Below are positions 11,956 to 22,954 of a DNA stretch of 64,000 bases, piece after piece. The notes below the pieces were generated by a model, which saw nothing but the letters and a program-made list of their open reading frames with translations, did no database searches and was not told where the DNA came from. Position 1 is the stretch's first letter; each line of letters opens with the position of its first letter. The DNA comes from Blepharisma stoltei ATCC 30299 (taxonomy: Eukaryota > Protista > Ciliophora), in assembly GCA_965603825.1 (NCBI GenBank), contig CBFDEM010000018.1:930001-994000 (forward strand), written 5' to 3'. The translations under genes and the position numbers were made by a program.

Positions 11956-13506
11956 CTAGAAGTTTCCTCTAGAATCTCTGCGAGGAGGTCGCGAGTTTGG
12001 CGTGGTATCTCTTGCAGGCCTTCTTCCTTCTCTTTGATTGCTATCATACCGCTTTAAGATATTTTCAAATGAGAAATAGTCTTTTTCAGCTTCTTTTTGG
12101 TTTTCCCTTAATATTTCAATTGGTTTACGAACAGGGGAGTTTCTGGATATTCCTTCTATTCGATTTTTTGGGGATTCTCCCATTAAATAAGTGCGGGTTC
12201 TTGAGTTTGGCCTTAGGCAGACTTCATTTCTCAAAAGTGGTGACTTTCTTGAAAAATCTTCTTCAGGCTTTTCATTTGATCTTAGCCTTGTTCTTTCTTC
12301 TTTTTCAAATGGTGATATATTATTATCCCTTGGCTTTAAATCTGCTAATGCTCTTCTTGGAGAAAAATTTGTAGCTGTTGTTTTTTCTCTTTGAATTGTA
12401 TTTATTTTTCTTGGAGATCCTTTTTCGTGTTTTTTAATATTTGTTTCAGCTCTGTTTACTTTTTCAAATCCTTCCTCTAAAAAGCTCTCAAAGTTTTTAA
12501 ACCTTTTTGGTTCCTCAACTCCTATATTTTCTTTTTCAGCAATTTGTCTTGCCTCTTTGATTTTCCTTTCTTTTACTTCAATTTCTCCTTCTCTCTTCTT
12601 CAAAGCTTCTTTTTGTTGGCTTGATTTTTCTTCTTTTTCTTTAAGAACCTCTTCTTGCTTTTTTAAGTTTGCTGCAACTTCTTTTAGTTGTTTTTCTTTT
12701 AATCTCAGCGCAATCAATGGTTTTTGCAGAATATCTTGAACACTAGGCCGAGTTTGCTGATTGAGAGATAACATTTCACTTATGGTGTTCTGAAGTTCTT
12801 CAGAATATCTAAATGGAATTCTCTCAGCCCTGCCCTCTTGGATCTTTCTTGCTAACTCCAAATGCGATCTAGCTTGAAATGGCGGATGAAGTGCAGCAGC
12901 TTCATAAATCAAGCATCCAACAGACCAAATATCCGATTTCTCGTTATATCTTGACTCTGATATCTGTTCCGGAGACATATAGTAAGGGGTTCCCACATGA
13001 GTGTAAGCATAAACTGAATCCTCCCCCATGATTTTGCTGAGTCCAAAATCTCCCAGCTTTACATTTAGCCCTTCATCTAGAAATATATTCCCTGGCTTTA
13101 TATCTCTATGTATTATTTTCCCAGCCTCTCTTTCATGGCATGCCAACAGCGCAACACAAACCTGCATAAGAATTTTTCATATCAGCTCCTCATTAAAATA
13201 ATCATTATTCCTCCTATTCCTCTTGATAATGGCCCCCAAATCTCCTCCAGCACAGAATTCCATCACAATATAAATAGTTGAATTCTTTTTATCAATGATC
13301 CTATCATAATATCTCACAATATTCGGGTGTTTCATTTCCCTCAAAATATTAACCTCCGCGACAAGCTGCGCTTTTTCCTTTTCATTCATTTTCGCAAAAC
13401 TGATTTCTTTCCAGACAAGCTCTTTCCCATCCGCCTTCCTGCTTATTCTGGAGACCTCTCCAAAGGATCCTTTCCCAATTCTTTCAATGACTTCATACTT
13501 TTCCAT
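11956..13506 (-). CDS. NIMA-related kinase (NEK2-like) with C-terminal coiled coil
   Basis: IGKGSFG, LVWKEI, HRDIKPGN, DFG, GTPYYMSPE; joined through TGA13177 (EELIWKILMQ, a conserved NEK Trp). Confidence 0.93.
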
Positions 13507-13563
13507 TTCAAATTGAATTATGAATTATTTCGTTTGAATGGCATCTATAAATAATAACTGAAA

Positions 13564-14139
13564 ATGTTTAAGAACACGTTCCAGTCTGGATTCCTCTCGA
13601 TCTTGTACAGCATAGGAAGCAAGCCTCTGCAGATTTGGGACAAAAGTGTGCGAAATGGACACATAAAACGAATAACTGACCAAGACATCCAAAGCTCTGT
13701 GCTCGAAATCATGGGAACCAACGTAAGCACCACCTTTATAACTTGTCCAGCAGACCCCAACAGCACCTTGGGAATCAAGCTGCCCTTTCTTGTGATGATT
13801 ATCAAGAATTTGAAGAAATACTTCACCTTCGAGGTGCAGGTCCTCGATGACAAAAACATCAGGAGACGGTTTCGGGCTTCCAATTACCAAAGTACCACAA
13901 GGGTAAAACCTTTTATTTGTACAATGCCTATGAGGCTGGACGAGGGTTGAAACCAAATCCAGTTCAATTTGTCGGATTTTACAAGGCGAGCCTACGGAAC
14001 CAATTATATTGAAACACTCAGGGTGCAGATTCATGCAAACTGCAGGATGAGGAGAATTTATTTCTCAGATAGACTGTACTCCGAAGAAGAGTTGCCGCCT
14101 GAGTTTAAGCTCTTTTTGCCGCTTCAGAAACAGAGTTAA
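13564..14139 (+). CDS. CFAP20: Cilia- and flagella-associated protein 20 (BUG22)
   Basis: [27 protein letters not shown]...; TGA13948 lies in the invariant LDEGWNQIQFNL; continues to [15 protein letters not shown]. Confidence 0.97.
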
Positions 14140-14176
14140 TTAACTTAAATAGGTGAGCTTATATAAAAATTTTTGT

Positions 14177-16003
14177 TTACATTAAGGAGCAGCTGTTACA
14201 GCTGGATTTTCCGAATTTTTCTTCATCGAGAGGTGATATAAACGTTGACCTAGAAATTGCGCTTGTGACGTGATTTAAGTCTTGCTCTTTTGCTCCTACA
14301 TGGTCTGATAAGCAGGCATATAGCACAGGGTCAGCTATCACTTTGTTGTAAAACTCTGAAAATACAACAGAACCGTTTGTGCTTGAAATTAGAGCTTTCA
14401 TTTGTGTGTAGATTTGCTCAGCTTTTTGCTTAAGCAAAGGGTCGTAGCATTCTCCTAGTGCTTCTATATATGGGGAAAGAAGATTTTGGGTTAAAAGATT
14501 TAGTTCGAGCTCGTGCAAAATTCCGGTGTGATTTGAATCATAAGAGTCAAAACAAAGTTTAAGCTTATCGCTGAAAGTGCCTTTGCTTAAAACTGATATG
14601 CAGATTGTGAATTCTCTGAAGTCAAGATACCCAGAGCGGTCTTCATCGAATTGGTCAAACAACGATTCCGCACTTTCGGCAAGGCCAGGAACTAAATTTT
14701 GAACCAATCTTACGAATTCAGGCTTTGCCAAGCCAATATCTCCGCCTCCATACTTTTCCACCTCTTGCTGAATACTGTCAGGCAAAAACACAGTTCCCCT
14801 TCTTCTTATATTTACATTCGGTTTTTCTTTAGGCTCTTTCCTTTTTTGTTCTATCATTTTCGTAAATTCGCTTTTTAAAATATCGATTTCTTCTTTACTG
14901 AAATTTGAACAATTTTCCAGTTTCTTTTCCAAAATTCTTTCGCTTTTCTGCCATTGTTTAGCCCTATAATCTCTTGCTCCTCCTCGGAGTCTCCTAACTC
15001 GGACTTCTGTGATTTCTTTCATTAAATCATCATAAATTAAGCTCAGTTGAGGAGCAATTCTTTGTCCAGCCATCTGCTGAAGAATTTTTAAAGGGTGTTC
15101 GCCTTTCTTGACATTTCTTTCAAAAATAGAGACAATGCTTACAACTCCTCGTATCAGTGCGATTGAGCCCTCAGAAGCTAGTCTATCCCATAAAAATACA
15201 AGACTTTCTAAATCTACTGTATTTACAAACATTTGAATAAGAGGCTGCATTGAGAAGAAATCAGAAAATTCATGTGAAGTTAAGCATGAGGATTTCATTC
15301 CTGGAATCAAATGGTCAAGCAAGCCTGCAATTACAGTTGATTCAATAAAAAATCCATTTAATGAATTTCCTCTCTTTGCACCATTATAAAAATCAGGCAA
15401 AAGCCATTTTTCAATTAAATATGAGAGCATTCAAAACGCTGAGTTATGGTCAAGAAAAACCAGAAGCCACATACAAATATAATTCATTCCTTGGCAATAT
15501 CCAACTTGAGGGTTTCTAGATGTATAAGCTTTAAGGACTTTATAAATATCTTCTCTATATGTACCACCGATGATTCTCAGCAATAATTCATGAATTTCTC
15601 AATTGAATACTTCTGGGTCTGATCTGCCAGTTGTGACGTCTTTAGTAATGATTTCTTCATCATCTGTTGATAGAGGGAGAATTAAATAAGTGTTTATATC
15701 CCCAGGCTGGTTTTCCATAAAACTTCAGGCTCCGCTGCTTTTCATCCAAGACTCTCCTCTTTTAGTCATCTGGCACCATTTGATGCCTTCTCTCTCAATA
15801 AAATCTTCTAGAGAAACAATTAGTGAATGGCAGCCTGTACAAACTTCATATTCCCCTTTCCCTTCTTCACAAGAATATAGCAAAGCTTTATTTGATGCAC
15901 ACTGATGGCAAAATCACTCTTTACAAATTTTACATGCAATTTGGTTATCATTTTCTGACTGACAATTAAAGCACTTTCCCTTTTCTTCTTCTATAACTTC
16001 CAT
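14177..16003 (-). CDS. TBC Rab-GAP domain protein with N-terminal FYVE-like Cys8 zinc finger, EF-hands and C-terminal CaaX (CSLM), 608 aa
   Basis: ATG16003, open through four TGA (15914, 15725, 15599, 15431); CFNC..CKIC..FCHQC..VCTGC; LKAYTSRNPQVGYCQGMNY; EF loops DEDRSGYLDFREF and DSNHTGILHELEL. Confidence 0.85.
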
Positions 16004-16307
16004 TTATGCCAAATCTCAATACTTTTTCAAACTAAAAAAAGCCAATTTTACTTAAGCAGTAATGCAAGATAAGATTAATAATATTTATAAAAATCAATAA
16101 ATGAGCGATACTAAATGCATGGCAAATATAAATCAATGAAAAGTAGCCTAGCGATTAATGTGATTTAGAAAAGATTCTTATTTTTTGAATGAAATTAATT
16201 CAAATTGAAGAAGTTGGGAACTGCTGATTCGGGGATCGTTATTTTGCAATTTAATTACAAGAATGCTAAAACTATAAATAATTACGTAATGGTAATTCAC
16301 TATAAAA

Positions 16308-18125
16308 ATGACCGAAAAGTTGGCCCAAATAAGAGAACTTATGAGTTCTGAAGGCCTTGACGCTTATTTTCTCCCGAATAACGATTTTCATAATGTAATG
16401 CATAACCAGAACGAAAGCTTATGTGACCATGATAAGCGAATGGCATTTATATCTGGATTCCAAGGATCAAATGGGCAAATTTTAATTACAAAAGAATATG
16501 CTTTACTTTGGACTGATGGGAGGTTCTGAAAAACTGTAAAACTTATTTAGGCTGAAGAGGAACTTGATCCTGGATGGGAGATTATGAAGATGGCCATAGG
16601 CTACCCAACTTATTGTGATTGAATTATACACCATTTACCATCTGGAAGTGTGGTCGGCTACGATCCTGCTTTAATATGTGCCGAAAGTGTACTAGCAAGA
16701 ACGCAGTATTTTGAGGATAAAGGATTCACTTTTAAACCGCTTACTAAAAATCTCGTCAATTCTATTTGGACAGACAGGCCAAAAATGCCAGATGAGAAGC
16801 TTTTTATTCACGAACTCAGGTATGCAGGAATAACAGCCGAACAGAAGATATTTATGGTCCTAAACCAACTGCATAAACTTGGTTCCAATTATCTCTTCAC
16901 TCCAGTATTAGATGAAATAGCCTGGACGCTCAATTTGAGAGGGAAAGATATCCAATACAATCCTTTATTTTTCTCATTTTTGCTACTTCATGCCACCTAT
17001 CCTAGCTATCAAGCGATCTTATTTGTTGACCAGGAAAAGGTTAATGGGATTCAAGAATACTTAGAACATAACCATATAGAGGTCCAACCTTATGAGTCGG
17101 CTTGGGATTATCTGAATAAAATTGAAGAAAGCGTGATAATTGATAAAAATGAATTAAATTACAGTTTTTATAAGAATATCAAGACTCCAGTTCACTATTC
17201 TGGGCTTATTGCAAAAATCAAAGTGATCAAAAATCCAAGAGAAATGCAAGGATTTAGAGAAAGTCATATAAGAGACGGAGTTGCCATATCTAAGTATATA
17301 TCATGGATGAAAAGCCAGCTGGATGCTGGAGCTGATCTAACGGAATGGTCTTCTGTTGAAAAATTAGACGAGTTTAGAGCTTCAGAAGAGCTTAATTCTG
17401 GACTTTCTTTTGAAAATATATCTTCGGTAGGGCCAAACTCAGCTATAATCCATTACGCTCCTACCCAAGAAACCGCAGCAAAAATAACCAAAGATCAAAT
17501 TTATCTTCTTGACTCTGGAGGCCAATATTTAGATGGCACTATTGATACTACACGAACATGGCATTTTGGCGAGCCTACAGACTGGGAAAAAGAATGCTAT
17601 ACAAGAGTTCTTCTAGGAAACTTAGATGTCGAGCGACTTATTTGGCCTGAATACAGCAGAATAAGTGGCAATGAAGTCGACATGATGGCAAGGAAATGGC
17701 TGTGGGAAGTAGGCCTGGATTATCCTCATGCAACTGGGCATGGTGTTGGGTATTTCTTAAATGTCCATGAAGGCCCACATCGAATGTGTAAAGGTAGCAC
17801 TGAGCCGTTTGAAGTAGGAATGAATATAACAAATGAGCCAGGATATTATGAAGAAGGACATTTCGGAGTAAGGGTCGAAAATATTCTTTTAGTGGTCATG
17901 CATCCGTCTTTTCCAGGATTTTTAGGCTTTGAAAATGTAACTATGGTCCCTTATGATAAAAATTTGTTGGATTTCAAATTGTTGTCACATAGAGACATTG
18001 CGTATATTGATGCGTATCATAATAAAATTTGGAGAAATTTGAGTCCGATTTTGGAAAATAGAGGAGAAAGCATAGCTTTAGAATGGTTGAGAGAAACAAC
18101 GTCTCCAATAAATCGTAGAGATTAA
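16308..18125 (+). CDS. XPNPEP1: Xaa-Pro aminopeptidase (aminopeptidase P, M24B); 2 introns
   Basis: FISGFQGSNG, WTDGR, DSGGQYLDGTIDTTRT, HATGHGVG, VHEGP, NEPGYY, GVRVEN; TGA16527 and TGA16620 read as Trp. Confidence 0.93.
16395..16409 (+). other. 15-nt intron, in frame and stopless (GTAATGCATAACCAG)
   Basis: Fits GTAA-N5-A-N3-AG; removal restores DFHNNES spacing like the family DxHxSEY motif. Confidence 0.7.
16536..16550 (+). other. 15-nt intron (GTAAAACTTATTTAG)
   Basis: Removes an in-frame TAG and gives WTDGRFWKT|AEEELD. Confidence 0.88.
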
Positions 18126-18339
18126 TTATTCTATTTCTTATAATTGAGAAGATTCCTGTCCTATTTATAAATACATAAAGTAAGTAATAAATAAATCAGA
18201 CAAGCATTGATGTAAATATGCAATCACAGAGTTTCATAAAATAAGCCAGCCCTTGCCATGATAAAGAAACCAGTTAGTGAGGTAAAAAGTGTCTTCGTTA
18301 AAATTAATTAAATAATATAAGATTATAGTTTGAAATTTG

Positions 18340-19335
18340 TTAATTTGAGTATATATACAGATAAATACGTGCTGTAATCTTCTTTGATAAGTTAAAAACC
18401 GTGAATTCGTTTTGCTCAGGTATTATAAAGCTGTCCCATTGGCTCATGTTATATGATTGCCCATTCAAGCGAAGTTGAAAGCCATGCCGCTCTGAGCGTA
18501 GCACCATTCCTCTGATTGAAGCAGAAGACTTTGGAAACGTGAGGCCTTTATGTTTGGGAAAAGAAACTTGTTTTACCTCATAATTAGGATTTGAAAAGAT
18601 TGAAAAAGTTTTTATTGAATCTTCTATAATGAAACTTGCATTTTTGCTTCTTCAAAAAAGGTTATAATGAGCAACAATGCTGCTTCCTGTGATTGCATCT
18701 GCAATAACTAAGCTGCCTTCAACTTCTTCTAAAATAGTCGAATTTGGCTTTTTCCTTTTATTTCCTTTAGTTATAAACTTTTTCTCAACGTTTTTTGCTT
18801 TTTCAATTCCCACAAATTTACCTTTTGAATCATAAATCATTTTTTCATTGAGCCAATGCCTCAGCCTTGGGACTCTGTTTCTGACTGGATACCTGCCATT
18901 AGCAAAAGTTTGTTTTTCCAAGTTTGTCTCTTCTTTATCTGAATCACTTGTTGAAAGCTCACTTTCGATTATTTCATATCTCTTCCTTTTCCTGCTTTTA
19001 ATTTTAATTGCTTTTGGCTTTTGTGATGAAATAGAGAAATCAAGCACTTTTTGTTTATATGCTTGAATAACACTAGAACAGTCAGATCTATCTGAAGGAA
19101 ATTTGATTTTGGTTTGAAAAAGGCTGCATTGTGAGTCAGACTGACTTTCATCCATTTGACTGAATAAGTCATTCATCTCGTTTCTCAATTTTTGGAAGTA
19201 CATGCTGAGACGAGGGCCTCTGAAAGATGATGAGCGCCTTTTGCTAGATATTGACCATTTCGATGAATGTGAGTGGCTACGATGCCGTTTAGCTGATGAG
19301 CATCGGCTTCTTCTGAAGAAATAGAGATCTTCCAT
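18340..19335 (-). CDS. CENPC: CENP-C/Mif2-like inner kinetochore protein, 331 aa
   Basis: CENP-C motif-like RYPVRNRVPRLRHWLNEKMIY; reading through TGA18652 adds a cupin-like C-terminus (...MSQWDSFIIPEQNEFTVFNLS...) ending at TAA 18340-18342. Confidence 0.75.
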
Positions 19336-19738
19336 TTTAAATTTTCAATTCTAAGCGCTATAACGTAATCGTAATATTAAATATGAGAAGCTAAATTTAA
19401 CAACAATTTAACTTTGTGAGCACCATTATCTTTCTAGGTATTAATTTTCCATTTCAAAATATTCATTTTCTTAATTTTCTTCATTAAATAAATAAAGAAA
19501 TTATTTATAAAGGCTTTGCTATAGTAGATTGACTAAATTATTTAGTCGAACGTTTAAATGAAAACTATTTGTGTGTGGAGGTCTTAAAGATTCACTTTAA
19601 AAGGTTTATTTCAAATAAATGTGCACATACTTTAACCCAGTCATCATACTATTATTTTCCTCAACATACACAAATCTACTATTTTTCACTTTCAACATGA
19701 TTTATTATTAAGAAAATTTCATAAATATTCTGGTTAAC

Positions 19739-20620
19739 TTAAAGCACGTCACGTGACCAGTATTGTCTATTTCCACCTCTATTAAAGGTAGGACGATAAA
19801 TATTGTCGTCTGGGAATGGATATTTCAGTCTATAGTTTGGATCTTTAAGTCCCTGCCTAATTGGGAACAAGTAATCCATGATATCATTATCTTCCTCTAC
19901 TTCTGCTTTTTTCTCAGGATCAGAAGAATTGATTAGCTCATCAAGAACCTGGTTTCCAGGGTCGACTCCAAAGCTGATGTGGTTGAAGAGCTGTTCCTTT
20001 GTGAAGTACATCCCATAGAAATAAGGCATAACTCTTGGGAACTCATTCCAATACTTTCTCAATGTAATATTTGGGAGCATAGCCAAAAAGAAAGTGTCTA
20101 ACCCTGTATAAGTCCAGTCATCATCAGCCATTCTGAAAATCTTGTTGTCGTAGTCTTGGTATTTTTTGACAAGACCAAGGTTAGGACCTGGCCCTTGCTT
20201 TTCAGGGACTTGCATACCCCAGGTTCTCCAGTTTCTTGCTCTCGTGTTTCTTGCCTCCATGAGGATTTGATAGTAAGGATCTCTATTTTTGGCGTAAACT
20301 GGGAACCTAATTTTCAACCTATCGTCCGTATGCATATCTGATATGCAGCCACCTCTTCTCTTCAGTTGGCCAACTGTGAAGTCTACGTATTGGGACATGA
20401 ATCTACGCCAAAGGCTGGACGTCCAGATCCATCTCCAGATTTTGGTGCCATTTGTGGGGTTCCATCTGAGATGAAGGTCTCTGTCCTCAATTTGAGGCAT
20501 GATATTGTATGGAAGGCAAAATTCACGCTTGATAAAGAACCATTTCCCATTCAATTTGTGAGGAGAGAAGAACTTGAGCTGATACCAAAAGATAGGGTTA
20601 AGCCATGCAAATATGGACAT
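19739..20620 (-). CDS. Hypothetical aromatic/Trp-rich protein, 293 aa, possibly a mitochondrial complex subunit
   Basis: Clean ATG-TAA ORF, higher GC than neighbours, 13 Trp all TGG; function is a guess. Confidence 0.75.
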   Translation of the reverse strand: MSIFAWLNPIFWYQLKFFSPHKLNGKWFFIKREFCLPYNIMPQIEDRDLHLRWNPTNGTKIWRWIWTSSLWRRFMSQYVDFTVGQLKRRGGCISDMHTDDRLKIRFPVYAKNRDPYYQILMEARNTRARNWRTWGMQVPEKQGPGPNLGLVKKYQDYDNKIFRMADDDWTYTGLDTFFLAMLPNITLRKYWNEFPRVMPYFYGMYFTKEQLFNHISFGVDPGNQVLDELINSSDPEKKAEVEEDNDIMDYLFPIRQGLKDPNYRLKYPFPDDNIYRPTFNRGGNRQYWSRDVL

Positions 20621-20689
20621 TATTTATTATTACAATTCAATTTAGATTGGTTTAAAAATATTTCGCAAATTGCATTGGAGGAACATTAA

Positions 20690-22552
20690 TTATTTCGTCT
20701 CGGAAAAAAAAGATCTTGAGTCTCTATACAGTTTGGGGTTGGATTCTGTCACATTGAATCCTTTAGTTTTCAAGGTTTCTTGGAGTTCGAGGCTTGGAAA
20801 AGCAGAACAGTTCTCGTTGTAGCTTGGAGATATTTTTTCACTATAGCTCACAAGTGATTTAAAAGAAGCAGACATGGGGCTTAGGATTTTGCCAGAGGAG
20901 CCAAAGCTGAGCTGAAGAATTTCGCTGTGCCGATTTCGCTTGGATTTTTCTAGTAACGAACTAACGACTACACTTTCAGCTTCACCTGGAAGAAAATCAT
21001 CAAGAGACTCTTTGTCTGAGCGAGTTTTGATAGTCTCAGCTTGTTCGATTGCTTTTCTATGGATAGATAGTTTTTCTAAGCATGATAGTCTTTCTTCAAG
21101 CTCATTGGTTTCGGCTTTCTTGGTTGATAATGGAGATGTGTCACCATTTGTTAATAAGTTTTTAGAAATTGCTGAAGGAGTAGAAGGTTTGGTGTAAGCT
21201 CTTTTCGGAAACTTGGAATAAGATGTAGACATTCTTGTATTCAGTCTTGAAGCAGACTCTGATCTTCTAATAGGAGTGTATGGGCCATTTTCTTGAAAGT
21301 TGGTTGAATTGTTAAGTTTTTGGACATTGTCACACAGCTCTTGCTTCAAATCAACTATAGATCTTTGATGGTTCTCTAAATTGATAATCCTTTCTTCGAG
21401 TTCTAGATAAGCTGCAATATTAGTTGTTTCTTCTTTTGTCGTTTGCTGCTTGGACAAATCTGAACACTTATGCTCTAATTTTGTAACTTTGTTTCTGACT
21501 GCAGTGCTTAATTTTTGATGGTTGCCTCTGACTATTAGAATTTCGTTGCTCATTTGGTCGAGTTTTGCTTTTAAGTCTTCTTGAGCTTTTAAAAAAGTTT
21601 CACTTGTGGAGTTGATTTCTTTGGATATTTTGATGTTTGCATCCTTAAAATTATAGAGTTTGGATTGAATAGTTGAAATATTGCTTTGTAGCTCTTTAAT
21701 CATAGCTTTTAGATTTTCCTGCATTTCTTTTAGGGAATCAACTGATAAAAAGGTTGGTTTCAAATTTTCTTCTAATAAAGTTAGCTTACTTTCTAGGTCT
21801 TGTGTCTTTTTGCTGCTTAATATCATTTCAGCTTTGATTGCTTCAATTGATTTGTCTGAGCTTTCCCTTTGTTCATTAATAATTGGTATCTGATCTTTAA
21901 TTTCTATCAGAGGTTTTAGGCTTTCATTTATTCATTCTTTTACCTTATGCTCAAAATTCTCTTGAAAATCCTTTGCTGAATTGCTTTGATCGGCCAGCTT
22001 ATTTTCGATGATTGAAATTTTTGTGCTCACTTCTTTATAGTTATCAACAGATTCATTTGAAACTTTGCTTAATGCAATAGAGAAACTCTCAAATAATTTA
22101 TAAATTTGATGGTGCTCCACATTAGATCGTCTATCAGTGCTTCTTGAAGTTCTCGGATCTTCATTCCTTGATCTGTTAGTATCCATTAGTCTAGGAGTTT
22201 CGTTAAGGCTGCTTTCTGAATAGACAAGGTTTCTTAATGAATCTTCAATGGAATAATTTGAGACTATATCTTCACTGAGCTCGGCATCTATTTTTTGGGA
22301 TAAGTCTCTTGCACTTGGACCATAAGCTTGCTCTATTAGTTCTTCTTCGTTGGTTTTATCTTGAGTGTCAGATTTGGATTGATTATAAAACGTCAATTCG
22401 AATTTGTCATTTATTTGAGGATTCTCTTCTATTCTGATTGGCCCGTTTTGATGTTGTGAATCTGCGTCAACAGCTCTTGGAGGAAAAATATATTGATTAT
22501 AGTTTGGGCTTAAATCTTGAAAAGCGTAGTGAATACTGGGGTTCATGTACAT
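20690..22552 (-). CDS. Hypothetical coiled-coil protein, 620 aa
   Basis: ORFs 21932-22552 and 20690-21826 join in frame through TGA21932. Confidence 0.8.
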
Positions 22553-22954
22553 GGGTTTTATATATTAAGAGGAAAATAAATTTAATCATTATTTTATATT
22601 TTATCATAAAGGAGTCGCTCAATTTAGGCTACTATGCTACGATATAAGTATATAAAAGGCATGAATATTATATATCAGATTAAGCATAATTATAATTCTT
22701 TGTATTTAAGAAATTAAAAACTGCACATGAATAATCCTCTATTAATCTTGAATCAGATTATAGTTATAAAAATATGCAATCTTAACTCCCTTTTGCCATT
22801 ATAAGCAGATTCAAGATCAGCAACTTCTATATAGAAACAATCAGCTTTTTCTCATTCTCAAAAATTTTTTCTTTATTTATCCTGAATTCTCTATCTCTCT
22901 GCATCTCTGCACATTTGATATCCTTAAGTAATGGCTTTGGATAATAATTATAAA

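Noticed and set aside
13525-14034. Long antisense ORFs over CFAP20 (and similar ones at 10781-11239, 20366-20689, 29480-30160, 47369-47734)
   Set aside because: Shadow ORFs opposite well-supported genes; no motifs and often non-ATG starts.
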